This document shows positions 47,339 to 56,952 of a stretch of DNA of 64,000 nucleotides, one piece after another (positions within the stretch are counted from its first letter, which is position 1; each line of letters starts with the position of its first letter). A program made the translations under genes and the position numbers. The DNA comes from Armatimonadota bacterium (GTDB lineage Bacteria; Armatimonadota; UBA10988), in the NCBI GenBank assembly GCA_016235455.1, contig JACRKZ010000166.1, positions 845 to 64,844 on the forward strand, read 5' to 3'. A model generated the notes under the pieces. The model saw nothing but the letters and a program-made list of their open reading frames with translations. It was not told the DNA's origin and did no database searches.

Positions 47339-47399
47339 TGCCGCCTTTGGGCGGTCAGCGGGCCGGAATGCGGCGCTGCTGACCGCCCAAAGGCGGCAC
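47339..47399. repeat. perfect 20-bp inverted repeat (gccgcctttgggcggtcagc / gctgaccgcccaaaggcggc) with 15-nt loop upstream of galT
   Basis: Read directly from the sequence. No adjoining U-tract on either strand. Confidence 0.55.
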
Positions 47400-47411
47400 G
47401 GCAAACGTCGG

Positions 47412-48341
47412 TCAGCGCAGCTTGTCGAGGGCGCGGATGGCGGGCATCATGCCGGCCTGATCAGCGGCGTCGAGCATGACGAACTTGCGTACGCCAACCT
47501 CGATCATCGGCTTGATGGCGGCCTTGATGCGGGCCTGGGTCTCGGGGTCGGCCTTGGCGATGGTCTGGGCCAGGCGGTCGATGCGCGAGACGAAGCCCTG
47601 CACCGCGTTGGCGCGCTCCTGGGGCGACAGCTTGCGGTACTCGGAGAAGGCCGTCTCAACGCCCTGCTCCATCATCTTCTGGCGCTGCTCGGCCGGCAGC
47701 TTCTCGAACATGCTCAACCCGTTGAGCATGTCCTGCGGGTTGACCGGCATGAGCACCCAGCCATAGACCCACTTACACTTGGCCTTCTCGGCCACGCCGT
47801 TGAGCACGTCGACCAGCGGCTGCTCGGTGTCGTTCTTGGCGGTGGCCAGCAGGTCGGCGGCCTCCGGCGTGCAGCGCACGGTCTCCTTGGTGGCGGCGGC
47901 CAGCACCAGGGCGATGGTGGACAGCTTGGTGTCCTTCTCCAGGCCCATCTTGACCTTGACGTCGGTCTTCAGCTCTTCGGCGCCGCGAGCCTGCTCCGTG
48001 GTGCAGAAGATGATGCAGCGCTTGGGCTGGGCCTGCGCCTGCCCGGCCACGGCCATCAGCGCCAGGCGAGCTGGCACTTCGCGGCTGGCGGTCACCGTGC
48101 CCTCGACCTTGGAGTCGACCAGGATGACCGTGTCCAGCAGTTCACCGAGTTTGACCGCCGCGTCGGCGATGGGCGTGTCCTTGAAGTTCAAGGTCACGGT
48201 CTTCTCGCCAGGCTGCGGCGCCAAGAAGCCCCCGGCCGCCGGCTGGGCGGGCTGCTGCTGAGGTTGGGTAGCGAACTGCGCCTGCGCGGCCGTGAGGGCC
48301 AGCAGGGACAGCAGCACCAGCGGTAGATGTCGACTCACCAT
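47412..48341 (-). CDS. secreted hypothetical protein (Gln/Ala-rich linker; STN/secretin-N-like beta-alpha module)
   Basis: Signal 'MVSRHLPLVLLSLLALTAAQA'. 'TVTLNFKDTPIADAAVKLGELLDTVILVD' module. Confidence 0.45.
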   Translation of the reverse strand: MVSRHLPLVLLSLLALTAAQAQFATQPQQQPAQPAAGGFLAPQPGEKTVTLNFKDTPIADAAVKLGELLDTVILVDSKVEGTVTASREVPARLALMAVAGQAQAQPKRCIIFCTTEQARGAEELKTDVKVKMGLEKDTKLSTIALVLAAATKETVRCTPEAADLLATAKNDTEQPLVDVLNGVAEKAKCKWVYGWVLMPVNPQDMLNGLSMFEKLPAEQRQKMMEQGVETAFSEYRKLSPQERANAVQGFVSRIDRLAQTIAKADPETQARIKAAIKPMIEVGVRKFVMLDAADQAGMMPAIRALDKLR

Positions 48342-48457
48342 GGGTTCTCTCCAGAATCCGTAACCTGTATTGTGTCCGTTGGACGCGCGCTGGTCAACCG
48401 ATGTTCATCGGCAGCGGGTGTCTGAAGGAACTCGGCGATCGCTGGGCGGTGGTGCGG

Positions 48458-51400
48458 CTAGCGCGACTCCGCCCACAACTCGGCCGGGGGCTCCTTCAGC
48501 AGCCGTACCGGCCCCAGCAACCCAGACTCCCGCAAGTCGCCATAGCTGTTGTTGATCAGGTTGGCCACACGGATACGAACCGTGTTGCGGCCGGGCCGCA
48601 ACACCTTGCTCACGTCGAACCGGTATGGCCCCCACAGCCGGTCGCCGACGCTCTGGCCGTTGACCCAGACCTGCGCGGCGGCCGCCACGCGGCCCAGGTC
48701 CAGGTACACCGAACCGTCGACCTTCGGCGCGTCCATCTCGCACGTGTAGTCCAGCCGGCCCGAGAAGCGCGCCAGGCCCCAGGCCTTCCAGTCCTCCAGC
48801 GGCTTGACGCAGCCGGCCAGGAGGTCGGCGGGCACGGGCTGGGGGTGTTCGAGCCGGGGCTGGTCGGCGGCAACGCAGCGCACGGTCCACGGGCCGCTGA
48901 GCTTGGCCAGCTCGGCGTCGGGCGGGCTCGGACGCGTTTCCGGCCGGCCCTGGCGCACGGTCGGGTCGAGCGAGAGCCACAGCCCTTCCAGCGGCTGCAG
49001 GACGAGCGCGACACGCGCCCCGGCGGGCGCCGCCATGGTGACCACCGAGTGCCGGCTGCCGTCCTCGGGATTCCACACGTCCGCGCCGCCGTGGAGGCCG
49101 CGGAACTGCAGCTCGAGGCGCTGTACCGAGGTGGTGTTGTTGGCCAGCCAGAATACGTCGCGCCCGCCGATGCGGCGGTGGGCCTGGAGCAGCGGGAGGG
49201 TGCCGCTGACGATGCGCACCGGAGAGCACAGCCACGCCGGCTCGCCCGCCATCAACGGCTTGACCGAGCCCGCCGACGCATGGAACGTCTTCTGCCGCCG
49301 GAGCTCGGCCATGACCAGCGCCAGCCGCGCATCACCGCCGCCGTGCTCCGCCGACGCTGTGGGCAGCTCGCCCAGTGCCACCACATGCCCGCCAGCGCGC
49401 GCAAAGGCCAGCATCTTCTCGGCCACGGCGCCGGTAATCAGGTCCAGCGGCGGCAGCACCACGGTCGAGAAGGCGAAGTCGCCGCGCCGCAGCTTGCCGT
49501 CACGGATCGTCATCTGGCCCACATAGTGCCGGTCGCCCACCAGAAACTCGATGCGGCCGGCGGCCAGCTCGTCGATGGCCTGAGCGTAGACGCGGTTGAT
49601 CTCATTGATGCGTCGGCCAGCGGCGCTGGTCTCGGGCATGGACCACAGGTCCTTGTCCAGCAGCCCGGCGTTGGCATTGGCCCAGACGCTCTCCAGCGGG
49701 TTGTACAGCAGCACGTCGGGCACGGCATGGCCCACGGAGTTCAGGTAGCTCGAGCGCCGCGCGAAGTCGGCATAGTGGTGCATCATCGGGTACATCGGGC
49801 TATCGCTGTACCAGTCGGGCATCCACGGGTTGCCATCCATCTTCCGCGCGGCGAACACGCCGTGCGGGATCTGATGGGCCACGCCCCAGGCGGTCATGGC
49901 GTTGAGCGCCTGCTTGAGGAAGGTCGGGTTGAAGGTGCCCCAGCCGCCGGCGCCCAGGACCTCGCTCATGGCCCGCGTGCCCTCGAACTCGGCCACCGAC
50001 ACGGCCTCCTTGAAGTCGTGGACCCGGATGGCCTTGTCGCCCAGGCAGTCCTGGCCGGGCATGGTCAGCGCGCGCAGCATCTTGAGGTGGTCGCCCACGG
50101 CGTTGAGCTGCGGCTGCAGGCCCTCTTCCCAGAAGTGCGCCGTGGTGTACATGCCGCGCTTCTCGTGCCAGTCGGTGACGGCGCGGAAGGTCGCCGCGTA
50201 GCAGTCGCTGACCGCCTCGAACCACTCGTAGCGCAGGCGCTTCTCGGCGCCGCGCGTGTCGCGATCGATCATCAACGGCATCAGCGCGCGCATGTCCCGA
50301 CCAAAGCGCTGGGCAAAGTGCCGCTCCAGCGTCTCCGACCAGGCCAGCCCGCGGCCGTAGTCGCCTTCGTTGTCGATGAAGTCGCCGGGGATGGACCGGC
50401 CCAGCTTGTCACCGTAGCGCTTGGCATAGGGCTCCAGCGCGATCTGGGTGAAGGCCGGCGCGAGCCGCTCGTCGATGTAGTTGACGCCGCCGCCATCGAC
50501 GCCCGGCGCGTGGTACTGGGTGAACACGTAGACCCGCTGGTCACCATCGGCCGGCGCCTGCCAGTCGAACGCAGCGCCGTCGCCAATGACCTTCAGCGTG
50601 CCCGCGTCGATGATTGCCGTGGCCTGCTCCTCCGACGTCGCTGCCAGGTGGTAGGGCGCCGCGGTGGATTCCCCCAGGTCGCGGACCGCCACCCAGCCAG
50701 GCGCCGCCAGGTCGGCTCGCGGCCAGCCGGCCGGCTTGTCAAGGCGCGCGCGCCAAGTGCCGTCGGTCAGCGCACGGATCTCGCGACCGTCGGCCAGGCG
50801 CGCGGCCAGGCCGACGTTCAGGGCCGCCGGGCCATCCAGGTTGCGTGCCTCTACGGTGAGCGTGTGCCGGCCGGGCGTCAGCTTGCCGGTCAGGTCGAAG
50901 CTCTGCGGGGTCATCCACACATCGCCGCCGCCGACTTCGCGGCCGTCCAGGTACAGCTTGTAGGCGTTGTCCGCGGTGGCCTGCGCCGCGGCGGCGGTGA
51001 TCGTCTGGCCCGCAGGTAGCTCGAAGCCGGTCGCGAACCACACCGTGCCTTCACTGGTCACCCTGTCGGGATGCCACACCCAGTGGCCCAGTCGAGCCGT
51101 CAGCGGCGCGGCGCCCAGCGGCTGCGCCAGGCGCGCGGCGACCGCGTAGAAGCTCTGCGGCACCTTCACTGTCTGGCCGGCACGCACGTCGAGTGTCTCG
51201 CAGGCCAGCGACGTCGCCGCCAGTTCGGGGTGCTGTTTGACCACGCGGCCGTTGGCCTGCATGCTCGGCCACCAATACTCGTCGCAGTAGCCCAGGTAAG
51301 TCTTGGCCTGCTCAGCCTGACCCAGCGCGCCCGAGAACGCAGAGAACCAGGGCTCGCCGAGCCACTGCGCGTCGGGCAGGTCGGGCGTGCCCACCATCGA

Positions 51401-51649
51401 GCGCCGCGCGTGGGCATAGCCCGGCGCGAAGCCCTGCTCTGTCATGACTCGGGCCATCTCGGTCATCTTGGCCGTGTTCAGCGGCTCATCCCAAAACCAG
51501 AACATGAATGGCGCATAGGCCATGTCCGGGTTGGCGAAAGTCTTGGCGGCCTGGTCGAAGGTGACCTGAGGGCGCTGACCCCAGTTTGCGGGCTTGGGCT
51601 GGGCGACGGCCGCGGTGGCCACGGCCAGCGCGAAGAGCAGACGGAACAT
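48458..51649 (-). CDS. large (~1060 aa) secreted glycoside-hydrolase-like protein with C-terminal galactose-binding-like jelly roll (GH106/GH2-like architecture)
   Basis: ORF 48458..51742, start at 'MFRLLFALAVATAAVAQ'. C-terminal 'VWVNGQSVGDRLWGPYRFDVSKVLRPGRNTVRIRV'. Family assignment is tentative. Confidence 0.5.
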   Translation of the reverse strand: MFRLLFALAVATAAVAQPKPANWGQRPQVTFDQAAKTFANPDMAYAPFMFWFWDEPLNTAKMTEMARVMTEQGFAPGYAHARRSMVGTPDLPDAQWLGEPWFSAFSGALGQAEQAKTYLGYCDEYWWPSMQANGRVVKQHPELAATSLACETLDVRAGQTVKVPQSFYAVAARLAQPLGAAPLTARLGHWVWHPDRVTSEGTVWFATGFELPAGQTITAAAAQATADNAYKLYLDGREVGGGDVWMTPQSFDLTGKLTPGRHTLTVEARNLDGPAALNVGLAARLADGREIRALTDGTWRARLDKPAGWPRADLAAPGWVAVRDLGESTAAPYHLAATSEEQATAIIDAGTLKVIGDGAAFDWQAPADGDQRVYVFTQYHAPGVDGGGVNYIDERLAPAFTQIALEPYAKRYGDKLGRSIPGDFIDNEGDYGRGLAWSETLERHFAQRFGRDMRALMPLMIDRDTRGAEKRLRYEWFEAVSDCYAATFRAVTDWHEKRGMYTTAHFWEEGLQPQLNAVGDHLKMLRALTMPGQDCLGDKAIRVHDFKEAVSVAEFEGTRAMSEVLGAGGWGTFNPTFLKQALNAMTAWGVAHQIPHGVFAARKMDGNPWMPDWYSDSPMYPMMHHYADFARRSSYLNSVGHAVPDVLLYNPLESVWANANAGLLDKDLWSMPETSAAGRRINEINRVYAQAIDELAAGRIEFLVGDRHYVGQMTIRDGKLRRGDFAFSTVVLPPLDLITGAVAEKMLAFARAGGHVVALGELPTASAEHGGGDARLALVMAELRRQKTFHASAGSVKPLMAGEPAWLCSPVRIVSGTLPLLQAHRRIGGRDVFWLANNTTSVQRLELQFRGLHGGADVWNPEDGSRHSVVTMAAPAGARVALVLQPLEGLWLSLDPTVRQGRPETRPSPPDAELAKLSGPWTVRCVAADQPRLEHPQPVPADLLAGCVKPLEDWKAWGLARFSGRLDYTCEMDAPKVDGSVYLDLGRVAAAAQVWVNGQSVGDRLWGPYRFDVSKVLRPGRNTVRIRVANLINNSYGDLRESGLLGPVRLLKEPPAELWAESR

Positions 51650-51908
51650 GGCAGGCTCCCACGGCCGAGCCACAGGCCTCGGCGCGTCCCACATCGGTCG
51701 ATGCCACCGTGTTCGTCGCGCTGGCCGCCGCACCTCCGCCACGCGCAGGAGCCAGCCGCCGCGCCGCGAAGCATGGGGCGCCGCGCCGCGACAGCGGCCG
51801 GCGCCACAGGCGATGAGTCGGCGCCCAGCGAGGTAAGTAAGCGCTCATTCACCTGTTCTGCTACACTCGGCGGGCGGCCCGGTCACACTGGGTCCAGAGA
51901 ACGATGAC

Positions 51909-53951
51909 ATGAAGCATCCTGCCATCAAGCGTATCGCTATCGTGCTGCTCCTGGTCGGCGTCGGGTTGGTGGTCAACCGCGTGCGTCATCCGCGCGAGGA
52001 TCCCACGCTGGTCAAGGGCAGCGGCACGGTCGAAGCCACGGAGATTGGTGTGGCCTCGCAGGCCACGGGTCGCATCGACAAGCTGTTGGTGGCCGAAGGC
52101 GACGCCGTGACCGAGGGTCAGGTGCTGGCTCAGCTGAGCGCCGATGCGCTGAGCGCCGACCACGAGCGCACGGAGGCGGCGGCCTTCTCGGCGCGCATGA
52201 GGCTGGCCAACCTGGCGCGCGGCAGCCGCTCGGAGGAAGTCCGGGCCCGCGCCGCCGCGTTGTCGGAGGCGCTGGCCAACGTGCAGGGCGCGCGGCGACA
52301 GATGGCCAATGCGCGGGATGCCTACCAGCGCCCGCCCGACCTGCGGGCCGCTTACGACACGGCGCACACGCAGGTGCGGGCCAGCGGCGCGCAGCTCGAC
52401 CAGGCGCGAGCCCAGTTGGCCGAGGCCAAGGCCGGCGCGCGGCCCGAGGAGCTGAGCGCTACGCGCGCGGCGCGCGCCGCCGCAGGTTCGGCGGCCGTGG
52501 GTGCCGGCGCGGCGGTGGACCAGGCTGACGCTGCCCGGCGCGCGGCGGCCGCGCAGTTGGCCGAGGCCGACGCCGCGATCAAGGGCGCCCAGGCCGATCT
52601 GGCCCAAGCCCAGGAGATTCTGGCCCAGCGTAGCGCCGCCACGACGCAAGTCGCCGCGGCGACGTTGCAGCTGGAGAGCGCGCAGGCGGCGCAGGCGGCG
52701 GCGCAGGCGCGCCGCGACACCGTGGAGTCGCCGCCGCGACCCGACCGGCGCGACCAGGCCGAGCAGGCCCTGAGCCAGGCCCGCGCGGCGCAGGCGTTGG
52801 CTGAGGCCGAGGCCAAGCGCCAGCGCAACCTGTTCGAGCAAGGCGCGATCAGCCGGCGCATTCTGGACCAGGCCAGCACGACGCTGGACCAGGCCCGCGC
52901 CGCCACGAAGTCGGCCGAAGCCGGGCTGCGCGATCTCGATGCCGGTGCGCGCGACAGCGAACGCCGTGAGGCCAGCGCCTCGCTGACCGGCGCGCAGGCG
53001 GGCGTACGCGGCGCCGAGGCGGCCCTGGCCAACGCCAAGCACGAGCAGGCTATCGCCGTGGCCGCCGCGCAGCAGGCGGTCGAGCGCGCCAAGGCGACGC
53101 TGGCCGGGGCCAACGAACGCCGCGCGCAGGCGGTGGCCAACCAGGACCAGTCGGCCGACCGACTGCGCGGCTCACGCGCCACGGCCGAGCAGGCCAAGGC
53201 CCAGAGCGAGCAAAGCCAGGCCGCGCTGGACCTGGCGTTGGCCGGCACGCGCGCCGAGCGTCTGGCGCAGAGCAGCGCCGCCGTGCGCACCGCCGAGGCC
53301 CAGAGCGCCGGCGCCCAGGTGGCGTTGAGCAATGCCGAGCGGGCCTACCAGGACCGCTTCACCTATCGCGCCAACCTGCTGGCCGCGGAGCAGTCGGCCA
53401 GCGCCGCGGCGGCACGGGTCGACCAGGCCCAGGCGCAACTGGACCTGGCGCTCGCGGGCAACACCTCCGAGGTGATCGAAGCGGCGCGCGGTGAGCTGAA
53501 CCAGGCCACCGCCGCGGAGAAGACGGCCAAGGCCCGGCTGGACGACACGGTCATCCGCGCGCCGGCCACGGGCACGGTGAGCGAGCTGATCCTGCGCCAG
53601 GGCGAGGCCTGTACGCCGGGCTCCGTCGTGGTGCGCATGCTGGACCTGGCGCACTTGTGGGTGCGGGTCTATCTGCCGACGACGGCGTTCACCAAGGTCA
53701 AGCGCGGTCAGGACGTCGACGTGCTGGCGGACGCCTTCGCCAAGCCCGTGCGTGGCCAGGCCAGCCGCCGGTTCGCCGGCCGGGTGCTGACCGTCAGCGA
53801 CCAGGCCGAGTTCACGCCGAAGAACGCGCAGACCGTGGAGGAGCGGGTCAAGCAGGTGTTCTGGGTCAAGATCGATGTGGGCGACGGCCAAGGGTTGCTC
53901 AAGCCGGGCATTCCCGTGGACGTGCGGCTGCGCGTGGGTCAGGGCGGCTGA
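51909..53951 (+). CDS. HlyD/YbhG-family membrane-fusion (periplasmic adaptor) protein with ~480-residue Ala/Gln/Arg-rich coiled-coil hairpin
   Basis: N-terminal TM 'IAIVLLLVGVGLVV'. Repeats of 'L.AGxRxEE(V/L)' HlyD_D23-type units. C-terminal beta-barrel 'VIRAPATGTVSEL...VKIDV'. Confidence 0.8.
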   Translation: MKHPAIKRIAIVLLLVGVGLVVNRVRHPREDPTLVKGSGTVEATEIGVASQATGRIDKLLVAEGDAVTEGQVLAQLSADALSADHERTEAAAFSARMRLANLARGSRSEEVRARAAALSEALANVQGARRQMANARDAYQRPPDLRAAYDTAHTQVRASGAQLDQARAQLAEAKAGARPEELSATRAARAAAGSAAVGAGAAVDQADAARRAAAAQLAEADAAIKGAQADLAQAQEILAQRSAATTQVAAATLQLESAQAAQAAAQARRDTVESPPRPDRRDQAEQALSQARAAQALAEAEAKRQRNLFEQGAISRRILDQASTTLDQARAATKSAEAGLRDLDAGARDSERREASASLTGAQAGVRGAEAALANAKHEQAIAVAAAQQAVERAKATLAGANERRAQAVANQDQSADRLRGSRATAEQAKAQSEQSQAALDLALAGTRAERLAQSSAAVRTAEAQSAGAQVALSNAERAYQDRFTYRANLLAAEQSASAAAARVDQAQAQLDLALAGNTSEVIEAARGELNQATAAEKTAKARLDDTVIRAPATGTVSELILRQGEACTPGSVVVRMLDLAHLWVRVYLPTTAFTKVKRGQDVDVLADAFAKPVRGQASRRFAGRVLTVSDQAEFTPKNAQTVEERVKQVFWVKIDVGDGQGLLKPGIPVDVRLRVGQGG

Positions 53952-54874
53952 TGCAGGCCGTCAGCGTCACCGGGCTCAGTCGCCACTACGGCACCACGCG
54001 GGCCGTGGACGACGTGAGCTTCGAGGTGGCCAGCGGCGAGATCTTCGGCATCGTCGGCCCTGACGGCGCCGGCAAGACCACGCTCATGCGGCTGCTGGCG
54101 GGCATCGTCACGCCCACGTCCGGCGGCGCCATGGTCGCCGGGTGCGACGTGGTGGCCGATCCCGAGGCCGTCAAGCAGCGCATCGGCTACCTGTCCCAGG
54201 TCTTCTCGCTGTACCGTGATCTGACGATCGGAGAGAACATCGACTTCGTGGCCGACCTCTACAGCGAGGACCTGGTCCGCGCGGGCGAAGCCAAGGCCCG
54301 CATGTTGGCCATGACCGGCCTGGCGCCGTTCGTCGACCGCCAGGCGGGCCGGTTGTCGGGCGGCATGAAACAGAAGCTGGGTCTGATGTGCGCGCTGATT
54401 CACCGGCCCACGGTTCTGCTGCTGGATGAGCCGACGACGGGTGTCGACCCGCTCTCACGGCGCGACTTCTGGCGCATTCTGGCCGACCTGCCGAGCCAGG
54501 GCGTGACCATTGTGCTCAGCTCGCCGTACATGGACGAAGCGTCACGCTGCCATCGGCTGGCGCTCATGGACCATGGTCGCGTGCTGGCGGTGGGCAGCGC
54601 CGCCGAGCTGGCCGCGCGGGTCAGCGGCCAGATGGTCGAGGTGGTCACACCCGACCCGCGTGGCGCGCTGCGCGTGCTGGAGGGCCTGCCGGGCCTGCTC
54701 AGCGCCACGCCGTTTGGCGATGCGCTGCATGTGCGGCTGGACGGCGACGACGCCGTGGCGCGGGTGAGCGCGGTGTTGGCCGGCGCCGGCGTGGTGTTCA
54801 GTGAAGCCCGCCCGGCCGAGGCCAGCCTGGAAGACGCCTTCATCGACCTCGTGGGCCGGGGGGAGACGGCATGA
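53951..54874 (+). CDS. ABC transporter ATP-binding protein (YbhF N-half-like)
   Basis: ATG overlaps the HlyD stop (TGATG). 'GPDGAGKTT', 'LSGGMKQKLGLMCAL', 'LLLDEPTTGVD'. Confidence 0.85.
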   Translation: MQAVSVTGLSRHYGTTRAVDDVSFEVASGEIFGIVGPDGAGKTTLMRLLAGIVTPTSGGAMVAGCDVVADPEAVKQRIGYLSQVFSLYRDLTIGENIDFVADLYSEDLVRAGEAKARMLAMTGLAPFVDRQAGRLSGGMKQKLGLMCALIHRPTVLLLDEPTTGVDPLSRRDFWRILADLPSQGVTIVLSSPYMDEASRCHRLALMDHGRVLAVGSAAELAARVSGQMVEVVTPDPRGALRVLEGLPGLLSATPFGDALHVRLDGDDAVARVSAVLAGAGVVFSEARPAEASLEDAFIDLVGRGETA

Positions 54875-55812
54875 GCGAGCCAGCCCCGGCCATCGTGGTG
54901 CGCGACCTGGTCAAGCGCTTCGGCGCCTTCGCCGCGGTGGACCACGTCTCGCTGAGCGTCGCGCGCGGCGAGGTATTCGGCTTCCTCGGGCCCAACGGCT
55001 GCGGCAAGTCGACCACCATCCGCATGATCTGCGGGCTGCTGGGGCCGACCAGCGGCAGCATCGAGGTGGCCGGCCTGGATGTGCGCACCCATGCCGAGCA
55101 GATCCGCGCGCGGGTGGGGTACGTGGCGCAGTTCTTCAACCTGTACCGCGACCTGACGGTCTATGAGAACCTGACCTTCTACGGCGGGGTCTACGGTGTG
55201 CCGCGCGCCGAGCTGCGGTCGCGCGTCGAGCACTGGTGTGAGCGGCTAGACCTGAGCCGATACGGACGGGTGCTGTCGGGCGAGCTGTCGACCGGCGTGC
55301 AGCGCAGCCTCGCGCTGGCCGCGGCGGTGCTGCACGAGCCGGCGGTGCTGCTGCTCGACGAGCCCACCAGCGGCGTTGACCCCATTGCGCGGCGTGCCTT
55401 CTTCGATGTCATCGGCGAACTGGCCGACGGCGGCACCAGCATCCTGGTCACCACGCACGTCATGGACGAAGCGGACCGCTGCGGGCGGCTGGCGCTGATG
55501 GATCGCGGCAAGCTGGTGGCCGAAGGCACGCCCAGTGAGATCCGCGCCATGGGCGGCACCGACATCTGGCAGGTGTCGGCCGACCCGCCCAGCCGCGCGC
55601 TGACGCTGGCCGAGCAGCATCCGGGCGTCGACGCGCCGGCGCTGTTTGGCACGCGGCTGCAGTTCAGGGTGAGCGACGGCACCACCGCGGTTGCCGTGGC
55701 GCAGTGGCTGCGCGACCAGGGCGTGACCTGCGATGAGCCGCGGCCGGTGCGCGCCACCATCGAGCACGCCTTCCTGCAACTGCTGCGCCGGGACGACGGA
55801 GACAACGAATGA
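54871..55812 (+). CDS. ABC transporter ATP-binding protein (YbhF C-half-like)
   Basis: 'GPNGCGKST', '[15 protein letters not shown]', '[11 protein letters not shown]'. ATGA-coupled. Confidence 0.85.
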   Translation: MSEPAPAIVVRDLVKRFGAFAAVDHVSLSVARGEVFGFLGPNGCGKSTTIRMICGLLGPTSGSIEVAGLDVRTHAEQIRARVGYVAQFFNLYRDLTVYENLTFYGGVYGVPRAELRSRVEHWCERLDLSRYGRVLSGELSTGVQRSLALAAAVLHEPAVLLLDEPTSGVDPIARRAFFDVIGELADGGTSILVTTHVMDEADRCGRLALMDRGKLVAEGTPSEIRAMGGTDIWQVSADPPSRALTLAEQHPGVDAPALFGTRLQFRVSDGTTAVAVAQWLRDQGVTCDEPRPVRATIEHAFLQLLRRDDGDNE

Positions 55813-56939
55813 GGCGCACCCGCGCCATCGCGCGCAAGGAGTGGATCCACATCCTGCGGGACAAGCGCAGCCTGGCGGCGGTGCTGACGCTGCCCGTCGT
55901 GCTGGTGCTGCTCTATGGGTACGCGGTCAACTTCGACCTCAACGCGCTGTCGTTTGCCCTGGTGGACGACGACCACAGCGCCGCCTCGCGCCACTTGGCC
56001 GAGAACCTGAGCGGGGTGCGGCCGTTCGTCTTCAAGGGCACGCTGGCCAACGCCGCCGAGGCCGATAGCGTTTTCCAGCGCGGCATCGCACGCGTGGTGG
56101 TGGTCGTGCCGGCGGGCTTCGAGCGGCTGCTCGACAGCGGCCGGCCGTCGCCGGTGCAGGTGCTCGTCGATGGCTCCGAAGGCACCATCGCCACCATTGC
56201 CCAGACCTACACGGTCGGCGCGATCAGTACGCTCGGCCGCACACTGACCAAGGCACAGGCCCAAGGTCGCGGCATCTCCAAGCGGTTGCTCGAGCCGGCC
56301 ATCGATGTGCGCGTGCGCGTGCTGTACAACCCCGACCTGCTCAGCCGCATGTTCCTCGTGCCGGGCCTCATCGGCATCATCCTGATGATGCTCGCGGCAC
56401 TGCTCACCTCGGGCATCATCGTGCGCGAGCGGGAGAGCGGCACGTTTGAGCTGCTGGCGGCCAGCCCCATCGGGCCGATGGAACTGCTGGTGGGCAAGAT
56501 GCTGCCCTACCTGATCATCGGCGCGGCCGATGTGGTGGTGGCGGTGGGCATGGGCTGGGCGGTGTTCGGTGTGGAGCCCAAGGGCAGCCTGCTGCTCCTC
56601 TTCGCACTGTCGCTGGTCTACGTGCTGGCCAGCTCGGCCATTGGGCTGTTCTTCTCGTGCGTGGCGCGCAGCCAGCAGACGGCGATGATGATGGCCTTCG
56701 TGGCCACCGTCATCCCGACCATGATCCTCTCGGGCTTCGCCTTCCCGGTGCGCAACATCCCGCTGGTGCTGCAGGGCCTGTCGCAGATGCTGCCGGCCAC
56801 GCACTACATCGCGATCGCCCGCGGCATCATCCTCAAAGGCATCGGCCTGGGACCCATCTGGTGGCATGGCCTGGCCCTGGCGCTGCTGACCGTGTTCTGG
56901 ATGCGGCTGGCGCTGCGCAAGTTCAGCAAGACGCTCTGA
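55809..56939 (+). CDS. ABC-2-type exporter permease (YbhS/YbhR-like)
   Basis: '[22 protein letters not shown]' N-terminus. 6 TM. Large first periplasmic loop. Confidence 0.8.
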   Translation: MRRTRAIARKEWIHILRDKRSLAAVLTLPVVLVLLYGYAVNFDLNALSFALVDDDHSAASRHLAENLSGVRPFVFKGTLANAAEADSVFQRGIARVVVVVPAGFERLLDSGRPSPVQVLVDGSEGTIATIAQTYTVGAISTLGRTLTKAQAQGRGISKRLLEPAIDVRVRVLYNPDLLSRMFLVPGLIGIILMMLAALLTSGIIVRERESGTFELLAASPIGPMELLVGKMLPYLIIGAADVVVAVGMGWAVFGVEPKGSLLLLFALSLVYVLASSAIGLFFSCVARSQQTAMMMAFVATVIPTMILSGFAFPVRNIPLVLQGLSQMLPATHYIAIARGIILKGIGLGPIWWHGLALALLTVFWMRLALRKFSKTL

Positions 56940-56952
56940 GGACGGAGACACC

